A program made the position numbers and the translations under genes. Positions 10,449-19,463 of a stretch of 64,000 nt of DNA are shown here, piece by piece (the first letter of the stretch is position 1; the number at the start of each line of letters is the position of its first letter). The notes beneath the pieces are model-generated. The model had not been told where the DNA came from. It searched no databases and was given only the letters and a program-made list of their open reading frames with translations. Origin of the DNA: an uncultured Chloroflexia bacterium (GTDB taxonomy: Bacteria > Chloroflexota > Limnocylindria > Limnocylindrales > CSP1-4); contig OY970218.1 in NCBI GenBank assembly GCA_963713975.1, positions 3,040,001 through 3,104,000 of the forward strand, in the 5' to 3' direction.

Positions 10449-11027
10449 ATGTGGACCGACATCACGCTGGAACGTGGTCCAAACGGGGAGATCCCTGATG
10501 CGGCACGGGACGACCTCGTCGTGCGCAGCGAGGCCGAGGTTGCCGCGGCCGTGGCCTGGGTCGAGGCCCACGAGGACAGGGTCGCCTCGCTCGCCAGCGA
10601 CCGGAGCCGGGACGACGAGGCGCGCGCGAGCTTCCGCGAGGCCCAGCGGGTCCGCGAGCTGCTCCGGATCCGGGCCTATTCCATCGAGGCCGCACGGACG
10701 TGGGAGGCACTGGCCCCGGCCGACCGGGCGGCCCTGCTCGCACGCACGGATCGCGCCGGGGTCGACCTGTCCTCGGACGCCGCCACGGTGGCGATCGGGA
10801 TGATGCTGAACCAGGTCGTCGTCGCTCGGCTCGTAGCGCTCGCGTCAGCCACCAAGCACGGCGAAGCATCGGTCGGCGAGGCGATGATCGCGCTGCCGAT
10901 CCGCTTCCAGCTCGACGTGATCGCCGAGACGGGCCGGGACCTCCGGGTTCCGGGCGAGGTGCTGCGGGTCCTCGACGGCGCCGGCGCCGGCGGCAGCCCG
11001 GTTCAGCCCACCGTCGACCCGAGGTAG
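10449..11027 (+). CDS. Hypothetical protein
   Basis: Best-coding ORF in the gap; no recognisable motif. Confidence 0.6.
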   Translation: MWTDITLERGPNGEIPDAARDDLVVRSEAEVAAAVAWVEAHEDRVASLASDRSRDDEARASFREAQRVRELLRIRAYSIEAARTWEALAPADRAALLARTDRAGVDLSSDAATVAIGMMLNQVVVARLVALASATKHGEASVGEAMIALPIRFQLDVIAETGRDLRVPGEVLRVLDGAGAGGSPVQPTVDPR

Positions 11028-11037
11028 CGGGACGCGG

Positions 11038-13095
11038 TCACGACGCCGCGCCAACCGACATCTCCAGGAAGGCGAGCACGTCCGCGCGCTCCTCGACCTG
11101 CTTGTGCACCGGCTTGCCGGCCCCGTGGCCCGCATCCGTGTCGATCCGGAGCAGGATCGGCGCATCCCCGGCCTGTGCGGCCTGGAGGGCCGCCGCGAAC
11201 TTGAACGAGTGACCGGGAACGACCCGGTCGTCATGGTCGCCGGTGGTCACCAGCGTCGGCGGATAGGCGGTGCCGGGCCGCACGTTGTGGAGCGGCGAGT
11301 ACGCCAGGAGCGTGGCGAACTGCCCCGGATCCTCCGCGCACCCGTAGTCGCTCGTCCAGCCCCACCCGATGGTGAAGTGGTGGAAGCGGAGCATGTCCAT
11401 CACGCCCACCTCGGCGATCGCCGCCCCGAACAGCTCCGGATGCTGGGTGAGGCTCGCCCCCACCAGCAGACCGCCGTTGGAGCGCCCGCTGATCCCGATC
11501 CGGGCAGGCCGGGTCCAGCCGGAGTCCGCCAGCCACCGGGCACAGGCGGCGAAGTCATCGAACACGTTCTGCTTGTTCGCCAGCCGCCCGGCGTCGTGCC
11601 AGGCCTTCCCGTACTCGGAGCCACCGCGCAGCGAGGCAACGGCGAGCAGGCCGCCGCGTTCCATCCAGGCCAGCCACTCCGGCTTGAAGGTTGGACCGAT
11701 GGGGATCTGGAAGCCGCCGTAGCCGTAGAACAGCGTCGGGATCTCACCATCTGGCGCCACGTCCCGCCGGCGGGTGAGGAACAGCGGCACCCGGGTGCCG
11801 TCGGCCGACGCGACGAAGACCTGCTCGCTCACGTAGTCGCCAGGGGCCCAGGCCAGCGACGGGCTTCGTACGTCGCGGACGGCTCCGTCGCTCATGTGGA
11901 TGGACAGGACCGATGCCGGTGCCGTGAAGCTCATGAAGGTCACGAACAGCTCGGCGTCGCCCCGCCGGCCCGCGGCGTCGACAATGGTGCCGATGCCGGG
12001 CAGCTCCACGTCCACCACGTGGCGACCATCCAGCTCGAAGATACCCAGTCGATGGTGCGCGTGGTGGAGGTGGATCGCCGCGAGCCGGTCCCCGACCAGG
12101 TACACCCGGTCCAGGGCATCCACTCCTTCCGGAATGACCTCGCGCACCCGCTCGGGCCGGCTCACGTCGACGGCGATCACCCGACGGCGTGGGGCATCGC
12201 GATCCGTGAGCAGGTACAGCCACCCATCGACCACGGAGATCGGGCTGTAGGAGGCATCGGCCGCATCGAGCAGCGGACGGACCTCCGCCGCGTCCACGCC
12301 ATCGGCCAGGTCGGCGACATAGATCCGCTTCTCGGGGTCGGTCCCGCGCTCGATGCTCAGCACCAGCAGCCGGCCGTCGTCCGAGACCTCGGGCTCGAAG
12401 AACCACTCGGGCTCGTGAGGCGTGGCGAAGACCACGGGATCCTCGGCCGGGTTGGTGCCGAGACGGTGGTACCGGATCTCCATGTCCAGGTTCGGGGCGT
12501 CGTGGACGGCGTCCCCCGGCGGCTCGTCGTACCTGCCGTAGAAGAACCCGGCGTCGTCGTGCGTCCACGCGGCCGATGCGAACTTGCTCCACGGGACCCG
12601 GTCGGGCAGCTCCTCACCCGTGGCCACGCGTCGAACACTCCAAGTCTGCCAGTCCGAGCCGGCGTCGCTGGTCGCGACCGCGACGAGCTCGCCACTCTCG
12701 GACACCACGGCATCGGACAGCGTGGTCGTGCCCTGGTCGTTCATGCCGTTGGGGTCGAGGAGCACCCTCCCCTCCCCTCCCGGTGCGTCCGCGGTCCACA
12801 GCACGTCCTGGTCCTGGAGCCCGTCGTTGCGCAGCTGAAACCAACGGTCAGCCACTCGCCACGGCGCCCCGGCACGCGGGATCGCCCACAGCTCCGCGAG
12901 GCGCCGCCGGATCGACGGACGCTCGGGGACACCGTTCAGGACGCTCTCGGTCAGCCGGTTCTGGGCCGTGATCCAGACCCTGGTACCGGGCTCGTCCGAG
13001 TCCTCGAGCGGGCGATACGGATCGGCGACCAGGGTGCCGTGGTAGTCGTCGACCTGACTCGAGGTCGGGGGCGTGGGGTAGGTCGGACGGGACAT
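11038..13095 (-). CDS. Prolyl oligopeptidase (S9A)
   Basis: DPYRPLE, GRSNGG, DDRV, GHG catalytic triad motifs. Confidence 0.95.
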   Translation of the reverse strand: MSRPTYPTPPTSSQVDDYHGTLVADPYRPLEDSDEPGTRVWITAQNRLTESVLNGVPERPSIRRRLAELWAIPRAGAPWRVADRWFQLRNDGLQDQDVLWTADAPGGEGRVLLDPNGMNDQGTTTLSDAVVSESGELVAVATSDAGSDWQTWSVRRVATGEELPDRVPWSKFASAAWTHDDAGFFYGRYDEPPGDAVHDAPNLDMEIRYHRLGTNPAEDPVVFATPHEPEWFFEPEVSDDGRLLVLSIERGTDPEKRIYVADLADGVDAAEVRPLLDAADASYSPISVVDGWLYLLTDRDAPRRRVIAVDVSRPERVREVIPEGVDALDRVYLVGDRLAAIHLHHAHHRLGIFELDGRHVVDVELPGIGTIVDAAGRRGDAELFVTFMSFTAPASVLSIHMSDGAVRDVRSPSLAWAPGDYVSEQVFVASADGTRVPLFLTRRRDVAPDGEIPTLFYGYGGFQIPIGPTFKPEWLAWMERGGLLAVASLRGGSEYGKAWHDAGRLANKQNVFDDFAACARWLADSGWTRPARIGISGRSNGGLLVGASLTQHPELFGAAIAEVGVMDMLRFHHFTIGWGWTSDYGCAEDPGQFATLLAYSPLHNVRPGTAYPPTLVTTGDHDDRVVPGHSFKFAAALQAAQAGDAPILLRIDTDAGHGAGKPVHKQVEERADVLAFLEMSVGAAS

Positions 13096-13109
13096 CGATC
13101 CAGCAGGGT

Positions 13110-13784
13110 TCAGGGCAGCTGGCCGGCAGCCGGCGGCCCCGCCTCGTACGTCTGCGGGATGGAGCCCGCGTAGTCCAGGCCGCCTTCCACGAACGTGATC
13201 TGCTGCATGTCAAGGCCGGTGATCTCCGGGAGTCGAGTCGCCAGGTAGCCGTTGATGGCGTCCTCGGCCTGGGTAACCAGGAAGTCCGGGACGCCGAACA
13301 TGCCGTACTTGAGCGAGTCGATCTGGACGGTGGCAGCCTGGGGTCCGGTCACCTCCAGGTGCCAGGTCGCGTCCACCGGTCCGGAGATCGGGTAGCCCCA
13401 GGCGGCAAGATCGACCATGGCGCTCGTCTGTACGTAGCCGTCGTGGAACCGGATCTGGACGTCGCTGACCGCCGGGCTGGGCTGGCTGACCTCGGGGATT
13501 GCCATGACCGTCCCTTCGGACAGGGTCTGATCGAGCGCGACCGAGCCCGAAAACTCGTGCCTCGACCCGAGCGTGTAGTTCTCCGGCGCGGATGGCGTCT
13601 CGATCCCGAGGTCCTGCTTGAGCGCAGCGTATGCGGCAGCATCGGCCGGCTGGCCGCCGAGGTCGGCTGCCTTGTCCATCGCGAAGGCCGACGACACGAG
13701 CGGAACCCTTGCGATGCCCGAACAGGCTGCGACGAGCACGGCCAGGACCACGAGGACGATGAGCGCGACGACGAGCTTGCGCAC
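13110..13784 (-). CDS. Putative lipoprotein/exported protein
   Basis: Signal peptide with VAAC lipobox-like site. Confidence 0.7.
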   Translation of the reverse strand: MRKLVVALIVLVVLAVLVAACSGIARVPLVSSAFAMDKAADLGGQPADAAAYAALKQDLGIETPSAPENYTLGSRHEFSGSVALDQTLSEGTVMAIPEVSQPSPAVSDVQIRFHDGYVQTSAMVDLAAWGYPISGPVDATWHLEVTGPQAATVQIDSLKYGMFGVPDFLVTQAEDAINGYLATRLPEITGLDMQQITFVEGGLDYAGSIPQTYEAGPPAAGQLP

Positions 13785-13982
13785 GGAGGCACCTCCACGC
13801 GACCCGATTGTCCGCGGGTCGCCGACGGGGACTCGACCATCGTACCGGGATCGGCCATCGCGCTCCCGCAGGTCGTCGGGCCCCTGGGCCGGCTGCGATT
13901 GGGCGCAGAGTAGGGACTCGGGTCACGAAGGCGCCAGCCGTTGGCCCTCTCGCCCGTCGCTTCCGCCTGTCATCATCACCAG

Positions 13983-14288
13983 GTGACATCCACCAACGAC
14001 GCCTTGCGCGCCGGCCAGCTGTTCTGCCGCACCTGCTCTGCACTGCCAAGCGGCGCTGGTGCGATCGGACGAGCCCAGTGCCCCTGGTGCCGGTCCCCGC
14101 TCACTCGCGAGTTCGGGCCCGTGGTCGCCCGCTGCGCGGAGTGCCCGACGAGAGGCATCGTCGGGATCGACCTCGTGACCCGCGAGTACGACCGCGGCCA
14201 CGTCGCGGTTCCTCGGGCCGTCTGCCGGCTGCACGTAGAGAACGGCGCCGCCGAGGGATCCGGTCCGGCCGAGCGCACGCTCCCCTAG
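13983..14288 (+). CDS. Small Cys-rich putative Zn-finger protein
   Basis: CRTC, CPWC, CAEC and CRLH motifs in about 100 aa. Confidence 0.55.
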   Translation: MTSTNDALRAGQLFCRTCSALPSGAGAIGRAQCPWCRSPLTREFGPVVARCAECPTRGIVGIDLVTREYDRGHVAVPRAVCRLHVENGAAEGSGPAERTLP

Positions 14289-14330
14289 TGTCCTGAGGCG
14301 GCTGGCGCATCGGCCGCGTGGTCGCGCCCG

Positions 14331-14624
14331 CTAGCCCTTGCTTCCGGGACGCTGCGCATCGTCCCCGTCCGCCTTGGTCCCGTCCGAGGCCGTTCCCTGG
14401 CTCAGCCGGTACGCCGCGAGGTCCTGCTTCGCCTTGCGATCGAAGAACGGGATCACGAACGGCATCATGAACAGGGCCGCGACGAACAGCGGGCCGAAGA
14501 CGGTCAGGACGTCCTGGATCTGCCTGGGCAGGGACAGGGCGGAGATGATCTGCACGCCCACCGCGTAGCCGACGAACCCGGCGGGCAGGGACAGGACGAG
14601 CAGGACGTTGGGCAGGAACCGCAT
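14331..14624 (-). CDS. Small 2-TM membrane protein
   Basis: MRFLPNVLL... with two hydrophobic segments. Confidence 0.65.
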   Translation of the reverse strand: MRFLPNVLLVLSLPAGFVGYAVGVQIISALSLPRQIQDVLTVFGPLFVAALFMMPFVIPFFDRKAKQDLAAYRLSQGTASDGTKADGDDAQRPGSKG

Positions 14625-14662
14625 CGGATGATCGTAGCGCCCATGGTCGCGGGCGATGTCGG

Positions 14663-15133
14663 TCAGGTCGGTTGATCGGTCAGGGAGCGCTCGTAGCAGA
14701 GGCTGAGCGGATCGTCCCGGTACGGCCCGAACGGCGGACACCGGCGGAAGCCCATGGCCTCGTAGAGCGCGATCGCCTCGCGCTGGTGGATGCCGGTCTC
14801 GAGGCGGACGAGGCCGAACCCCTCGATGCGGGCATGCTCGACGAGGTGGTCCAGGATGCGCCGCCCGAAGCCCGAGCCGCGGAACGCGGGGCGGACGTAC
14901 ATGCGCTTGATCTCGCCGTACTCCCCGGCGACGAGGAGGGTCCCACCGCAGCCGGCCGCGATCCCGTCCGAGCGGAGGACGAAGAAGCGCACGCCCTCGG
15001 CGACGAGGCGCTCGACGCTGAAGCCGTGGCGACTCTGCTCCGGGTAGGCGGCGGCGAGGCCATCCTCGAGCTCGGTGACCAGGGCAACGGCGTCGGGAGT
15101 ATCGGGTCGCTCGCGATCGATCACGACGGGCAT
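14663..15133 (-). CDS. GNAT N-acetyltransferase
   Basis: GEIKRMYVRPAFRGSGFG, RLETG..Q..AIALY. Confidence 0.9.
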   Translation of the reverse strand: MPVVIDRERPDTPDAVALVTELEDGLAAAYPEQSRHGFSVERLVAEGVRFFVLRSDGIAAGCGGTLLVAGEYGEIKRMYVRPAFRGSGFGRRILDHLVEHARIEGFGLVRLETGIHQREAIALYEAMGFRRCPPFGPYRDDPLSLCYERSLTDQPT

Positions 15134-15196
15134 GGCCGGATCCTCGCATGATCCCGCCCGGTTGCGCACGAGCGTGGTCGGCTGGACGATAGCCAC

Positions 15197-15514
15197 ATGC
15201 CGCACCCGTGGCCGCTGTTCGACCTCCGCCTCCGCACGCCGCACCTCGAGCTGCGGCTGCCGACCGACGACGACCTGCTCGACCTCATGGTCCTCGCCCG
15301 CCACGGCATCCATGACCCGGGCATGACGCCATTCCTCTTCCCCTGGGACGGGATCGCGCCGAAGGGCGTGCCGGTGACGGAACACCTCGTCCGGGTGACG
15401 CCGGGGGCGTGGCGGCGTGACCTCGTGCCGGTGACGATCGATGGACTGGAATCGTGCCTCGACCTGTTCGGCGTCCAGGCGACCGGGACAGCGGGTGAGG
15501 CCGGCGAGACCTAG
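15197..15514 (+). pseudogene. Internally deleted RimJ/RimL-type GNAT (Rv0802c-like) remnant
   Basis: N-terminus WPLFDLRLRTPHLELRLP...GIHDP..TPF..PW joined directly to a C-terminal-like VTIDGLESCLDLFG; acetyl-CoA-binding core absent. Confidence 0.6.
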
Positions 15515-15557
15515 TCCTGCGAGGCCGGGCGCGTCCCCAGGCGAGCCCGGAGCCGCC

Positions 15558-16223
15558 TCAGGCGTCCGTGTCCAGGTAGGCGAGGATCGCCAGCACGCGT
15601 CGGTGGTCGTTGCGCGAATCCGGCAGGTCAAGCTTGCCGATGATGCTGGTGATGTGCTTCTCGGCGGCACCCTCGGTGATCGACAGCGCCCGTGCGATGC
15701 CGGCGTTGGTGCGCCCTTCCGCCATCGCCGCCAGGACCTCGCGCTCCCTTGGGGTGAGGGCGGCGAGCCGGTCGTCCTGACGTCGGCGGACCATCAGCTG
15801 GGCAACGACCTCCGGGTCCAGCGCCGTGCCGCCGCCCGCCACGCGGCGCAGCGCGTCCAGGAAGTCCCGCACGTCCGCCACGCGGTCCTTGAGCAGGTAG
15901 CCCACGCCGCCACCGCGATCCGCCAGCAGCTCGCTCGCGTACTGGCGCTCCACGTACTGGCTGAGCACGAGGATTGGCGTTCCCGGGATCTGGCGCCGCG
16001 CCTCGATTGCCGCACGCAGCCCCTCGTCGCGCTGCGTGGGCGGCATCCGGACGTCGACCACGGAGACGTCGGGCCGGTGCTCCACGGCAGCCCGGACGAA
16101 CGACGGCCCGTCCCCCACCCTGGCCACCACGGTCGCGCCGGACTCCTCGATGAGCCGCGTGAGGCCCTCCCGGAGCAGCACCGAATCCTCGGCGATGATC
16201 ACCCTCAGCCCTTCGATCGACAT
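15558..16223 (-). CDS. NarL/LuxR-family response regulator
   Basis: AEDSVLLREGL, DVRMPP, YLLKD, LTPREREVL HTH. Confidence 0.93.
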   Translation of the reverse strand: MSIEGLRVIIAEDSVLLREGLTRLIEESGATVVARVGDGPSFVRAAVEHRPDVSVVDVRMPPTQRDEGLRAAIEARRQIPGTPILVLSQYVERQYASELLADRGGGVGYLLKDRVADVRDFLDALRRVAGGGTALDPEVVAQLMVRRRQDDRLAALTPREREVLAAMAEGRTNAGIARALSITEGAAEKHITSIIGKLDLPDSRNDHRRVLAILAYLDTDA

Positions 16224-16285
16224 GGGCCGATGATGCCTCAATGGCTGCGCAATGGTGCGACGGGGACGGCATCGAGTCTGACTGG

Positions 16286-16303
16286 GGTGGGGATGCCCCC
16301 ACC
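16286..16303. promoter_or_regulatory. Inverted repeat, putative response-regulator binding site
   Basis: GGTGGGG-atgc-CCCCACC between the divergent RR and HK genes. Confidence 0.45.
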
Positions 16304-16410
16304 ACGAAGATGCCCGCTGCCCGGCTGGGACACGGCACCGGCGGCGTCTATGGTCCGGCCATGACATGCATTGCCCGCTGCGCTCACCCCAGAATGGTAG
16401 GGTCGGCCCG

Positions 16411-17766
16411 ATGACCGCCGCTACCGCTCCCGCCCCCGCACCCCCGGCAGGGCGCGGTCGTCACCTGCTCACCCGGTTCGTCCTCTCACCGGTCGACCCC
16501 GCGACATGGCGCGCGGTGTTCGCCATCGGGATCGGCATCATCACGACCACCGTGGCCGTGTCCGTGGTCACCGGGCTGTTCTCGACCGGCGGGTCCCTGC
16601 TCCTGTTCCTCGTGGGCTTCCCGATCGTTGCCCTGGGCATCGAGGCCGCCCGCATCGCGGCTGTGGTCGAGCGCTGGCGGATGACGGTTGTGGACGACCG
16701 GGCCCTCATCCCCCACCCGTACAAGACGGCCGACCTCCGCCCGAGCGAGCCCTACGGTCCGTGGCTCCGCGGCGTCGCCGAGGCCGCCTTCTTCGACACC
16801 AGTCGCTGGCTGGACGTCGTCTACCTCCTGGTCGCGCTCCCCCTCGCGTTCCTGGAATTCATGGTCGCGGTCACGCTGTGGACGACGTCGGTGCTGCTGC
16901 TGCTCGCGCCGCTGCTGCTCGTGATCCCTCAGCAACCCGAGGTTGTCGCCGCCTTCGACCGGAACGGCATGTCGGCCGGCACCGTGATTGGGATCGCGTT
17001 CACGATCGGCCTCCTGCTCCTTCCGGTCGCCGCGTCCGTCACCCGCGGCATGGCCATCCTCCACCGCGCGGTGGTCGAGGGCCTGCTGTGCATCAGCCCG
17101 GCCGATGCGCTGCGGCGCGACAACGAGCGCCTCCGGGGCAGCCGCTCTGCCGCCATCGAGCTCGAGGCCAGTGAGCTCCGGCGCATCGAGCGGGACCTGC
17201 ACGACGGCGCGCAGCAGCGGCTGGTGATGCTGGCCATCGACCTGACGCTTGCCGAGGACAAGGTTGATTCCGACCCTGCGTCGGCCAAGGACCTGATCGC
17301 CGGCGCCCGCGACCAGGCGCGTCAGGCCCTCGCTGAGCTGCGCGACGTTGTCCGGGGTGCGGCGCCGGCCATCCTCGTCGACCGCGGGCTGGCCGCTGCC
17401 CTCAGCGCCGTCGCAGGCCGGAGCCCGATCCCGACCTTCCTCGACAGCGGGCTTGCCCCCGGGGAGCGGCTCCCCCACGGCGTCGAGCGTGCCGCGTACT
17501 ACGTCGTATCCGAGGCCCTGGCCAACATCGCCAAGCACGCCGAAGCGACCCGCTGTGACGTGTTCCTTCGCCGTCAGCCCGGCTGGCTGCAGGTGGAGAT
17601 CCGCGACGACGGCCGTGGCGGCGCGTCGATCATGCCGGGCGGTGGGCTCGCCGGCCTGCGCGACCGCGTCGAAGCCCTTGATGGCCGCCTCGAGCTGATG
17701 AGCCCGGCTGGAGGACCCACGATGATCCGCGTCACCATGCCCGTTGGCGGGGTCCAGGGAGCCTGA
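16411..17766 (+). CDS. Membrane sensor histidine kinase (HisKA_3)
   Basis: TM sensor region; ERDLHDGAQQ, EALANIAKHA, DDGRGG, GGGLAGL. Confidence 0.93.
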   Translation: MTAATAPAPAPPAGRGRHLLTRFVLSPVDPATWRAVFAIGIGIITTTVAVSVVTGLFSTGGSLLLFLVGFPIVALGIEAARIAAVVERWRMTVVDDRALIPHPYKTADLRPSEPYGPWLRGVAEAAFFDTSRWLDVVYLLVALPLAFLEFMVAVTLWTTSVLLLLAPLLLVIPQQPEVVAAFDRNGMSAGTVIGIAFTIGLLLLPVAASVTRGMAILHRAVVEGLLCISPADALRRDNERLRGSRSAAIELEASELRRIERDLHDGAQQRLVMLAIDLTLAEDKVDSDPASAKDLIAGARDQARQALAELRDVVRGAAPAILVDRGLAAALSAVAGRSPIPTFLDSGLAPGERLPHGVERAAYYVVSEALANIAKHAEATRCDVFLRRQPGWLQVEIRDDGRGGASIMPGGGLAGLRDRVEALDGRLELMSPAGGPTMIRVTMPVGGVQGA

Positions 17767-17787
17767 GCCACCCGCTCGCCGAGGCGG

Positions 17788-17810
17788 TACACTCTCGAAC
17801 AGGCGTTCGA
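17788..17810 (+). promoter_or_regulatory. -10 element plus LexA-type SOS box
   Basis: TACACT at 17788-17793, then TCGAAC-aggc-GTTCGA at 17795-17810; GGAGG RBS at 17815-17819. Confidence 0.7.
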
Positions 17811-17822
17811 TAGTGGAGGCGG

Positions 17823-18029
17823 ATGATGGCCGACTGGATCGTGGACATCTCGACGGACCCCCGGCGCTATCCGGTCGTGAATCACCGTCACGTGAACGGG
17901 ACGCTGCACGCGGAGCGGGACAGGACACCCTCGGTCACCCTGGATCACGACGGACGCCGGGTGGAGCACTGGACGTATGCGTGTGCCTGCGGCGAGGTCT
18001 ACGCGTGGGACCGCCGAACGTCCGCGTGA
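17823..18029 (+). CDS. Small hypothetical protein, putatively SOS-regulated
   Basis: 68 aa, strong RBS, C-terminal YACACGE. Confidence 0.65.
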   Translation: MMADWIVDISTDPRRYPVVNHRHVNGTLHAERDRTPSVTLDHDGRRVEHWTYACACGEVYAWDRRTSA

Positions 18030-18065
18030 GGACGGGGCCGCGCCCGCCGTCTCCGCGGGCCGTGG

Positions 18066-18482
18066 TCAGTCCCCGGCGTCCCGCATCCGCGGGCTCTCCT
18101 GGACGGACCACCCGTTGCCGTCGGGGTCGTTGAAGAAGAAGAACATGTTCCAGTCGTCACCCTTGCCGTCAACGAACCCCGCGCCGTCGTGGTGCTGGAT
18201 CGGCGTGACCGTCACGCCGCGTCCCGCCAGGAGCACATGGGCGGCCTCGATGTCGGCAACGCTGAGCTGCAGCCCCTTGAGGCTGCCCGGCACCATGTCC
18301 GTCAAACCCGTCCCGATCGTGACCGAGCAGCCGGAGCCCTCCGGCGTCATCTGGACCACGCGGAACTGCTCACTGGGAGCGTGGTCCACGTCGACCGGGA
18401 ACCCCAGCTGGTCCGCGTAGAACGCCTTGGCCCGGTCCACATCGGCTACCGGCACCACGACGACCTCGAGCTTGAACTTCAT
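18066..18482 (-). CDS. VOC/glyoxalase family protein
   Basis: VPVADVDRAKAFY ... FNDPDGNGWSVQE. Confidence 0.9.
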   Translation of the reverse strand: MKFKLEVVVVPVADVDRAKAFYADQLGFPVDVDHAPSEQFRVVQMTPEGSGCSVTIGTGLTDMVPGSLKGLQLSVADIEAAHVLLAGRGVTVTPIQHHDGAGFVDGKGDDWNMFFFFNDPDGNGWSVQESPRMRDAGD

Positions 18483-18507
18483 GACGCGCTCCTCCGCGGC
18501 GACCGGA

Positions 18508-18990
18508 TCAGGCCTGGATGCGGGCGACCAGCTCGTCCAGCCGCTCGAAGCCCTCGGTGACACCGCCTTCCATGCCGCTCGCGATCATCGCGTCGCGGCC
18601 TTCGACGGTCTGGTGCACCGAGCTCGTCCGGATCAGCGTCCGGCCACCCCGGTCCTCGAGCACGAGCGTGTCGAGCGAGACGTGGCCCGGTGCCCCCTCG
18701 AACTCGAAGGTCTGGGTGACGCCGTCGGGCGAGGGCTCGCCGTGGAACACACCGCGGAACCCGTACTCGGTGCCATCGGTGTCGATGTGCACGTAGCGCC
18801 AGGCCCCGCCATGGCGGACGTCCCACTGCTCGACGCGCATCGTCAGGCGCCGCGGTCCCAGCCACTGCGCAAGGAGCTCAGGCTCGGTGTAGGCGCGGTA
18901 CACGAGCTCGCGCGGGGCAGCCACCTCTCGCTCGAAGGTCAGGAGCGGTGTGCCGGGCTCGGCGGCGAGGCGCAATGCGGTCGTGGTCAC
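18508..18990 (-). CDS. SRPBCC/AHSA1 family protein
   Basis: APRELVYRAYTEPELLAQWLGP ... SGMEGG. Confidence 0.88.
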   Translation of the reverse strand: MTTTALRLAAEPGTPLLTFEREVAAPRELVYRAYTEPELLAQWLGPRRLTMRVEQWDVRHGGAWRYVHIDTDGTEYGFRGVFHGEPSPDGVTQTFEFEGAPGHVSLDTLVLEDRGGRTLIRTSSVHQTVEGRDAMIASGMEGGVTEGFERLDELVARIQA

Positions 18991-19361
18991 GGGACGCTTC
19001 CTTCCTGTGTGTCGGTTCGGGGATCGTCCCCGGTCGGTCCGGCCTGGATGGCCGCGAGGAGCTCGTCGAGGCGGTCGAAACTCTCCTCCCAATACTCCCG
19101 GTAGCGCTCCAGCCACGCCGTGGCATCGCGCAGCGGCTCCGCCCGGAGGTGGCTGAGGCGGGTCGTCGCCCGCCGGCTCCGCGTGATGAGGCCCGCCTTC
19201 TCCAGCACCCGCAGGTGCTTGGAGATCGCCGGCTGCGAGATGGAGAACGGGGCCGCGAGCTCCCCTACCGTCCGGTCGCCCTGCGCCAGGCTCGCGAGGA
19301 TGGCACGACGCGTGGGATCCGCGAGGGCTCCGAACACGGTGCTGAGGTGGTCGATCTGCAT
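18987..19361 (-). CDS. ArsR/SmtB family regulator
   Basis: FGALADPTRRAIL ... SQPAISKHLRVLE. Confidence 0.92.
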   Translation of the reverse strand: MQIDHLSTVFGALADPTRRAILASLAQGDRTVGELAAPFSISQPAISKHLRVLEKAGLITRSRRATTRLSHLRAEPLRDATAWLERYREYWEESFDRLDELLAAIQAGPTGDDPRTDTQEGSVP

Positions 19362-19363
19362 CT

Positions 19364-19379
19364 ATAACCGCTCGGTTAT
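19364..19379. promoter_or_regulatory. Putative ArsR operator
   Basis: ATAACC-gctc-GGTTAT palindrome immediately upstream of the arsR start. Confidence 0.7.
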
Positions 19380-19463
19380 GTAGTGGTCCGCCATTGAACG
19401 CCGGATCGGCAGCGCTGTCAAGCCGGCCGTGCCCGCTGTTGATGATCGGGGGCCGGCGCCCGG

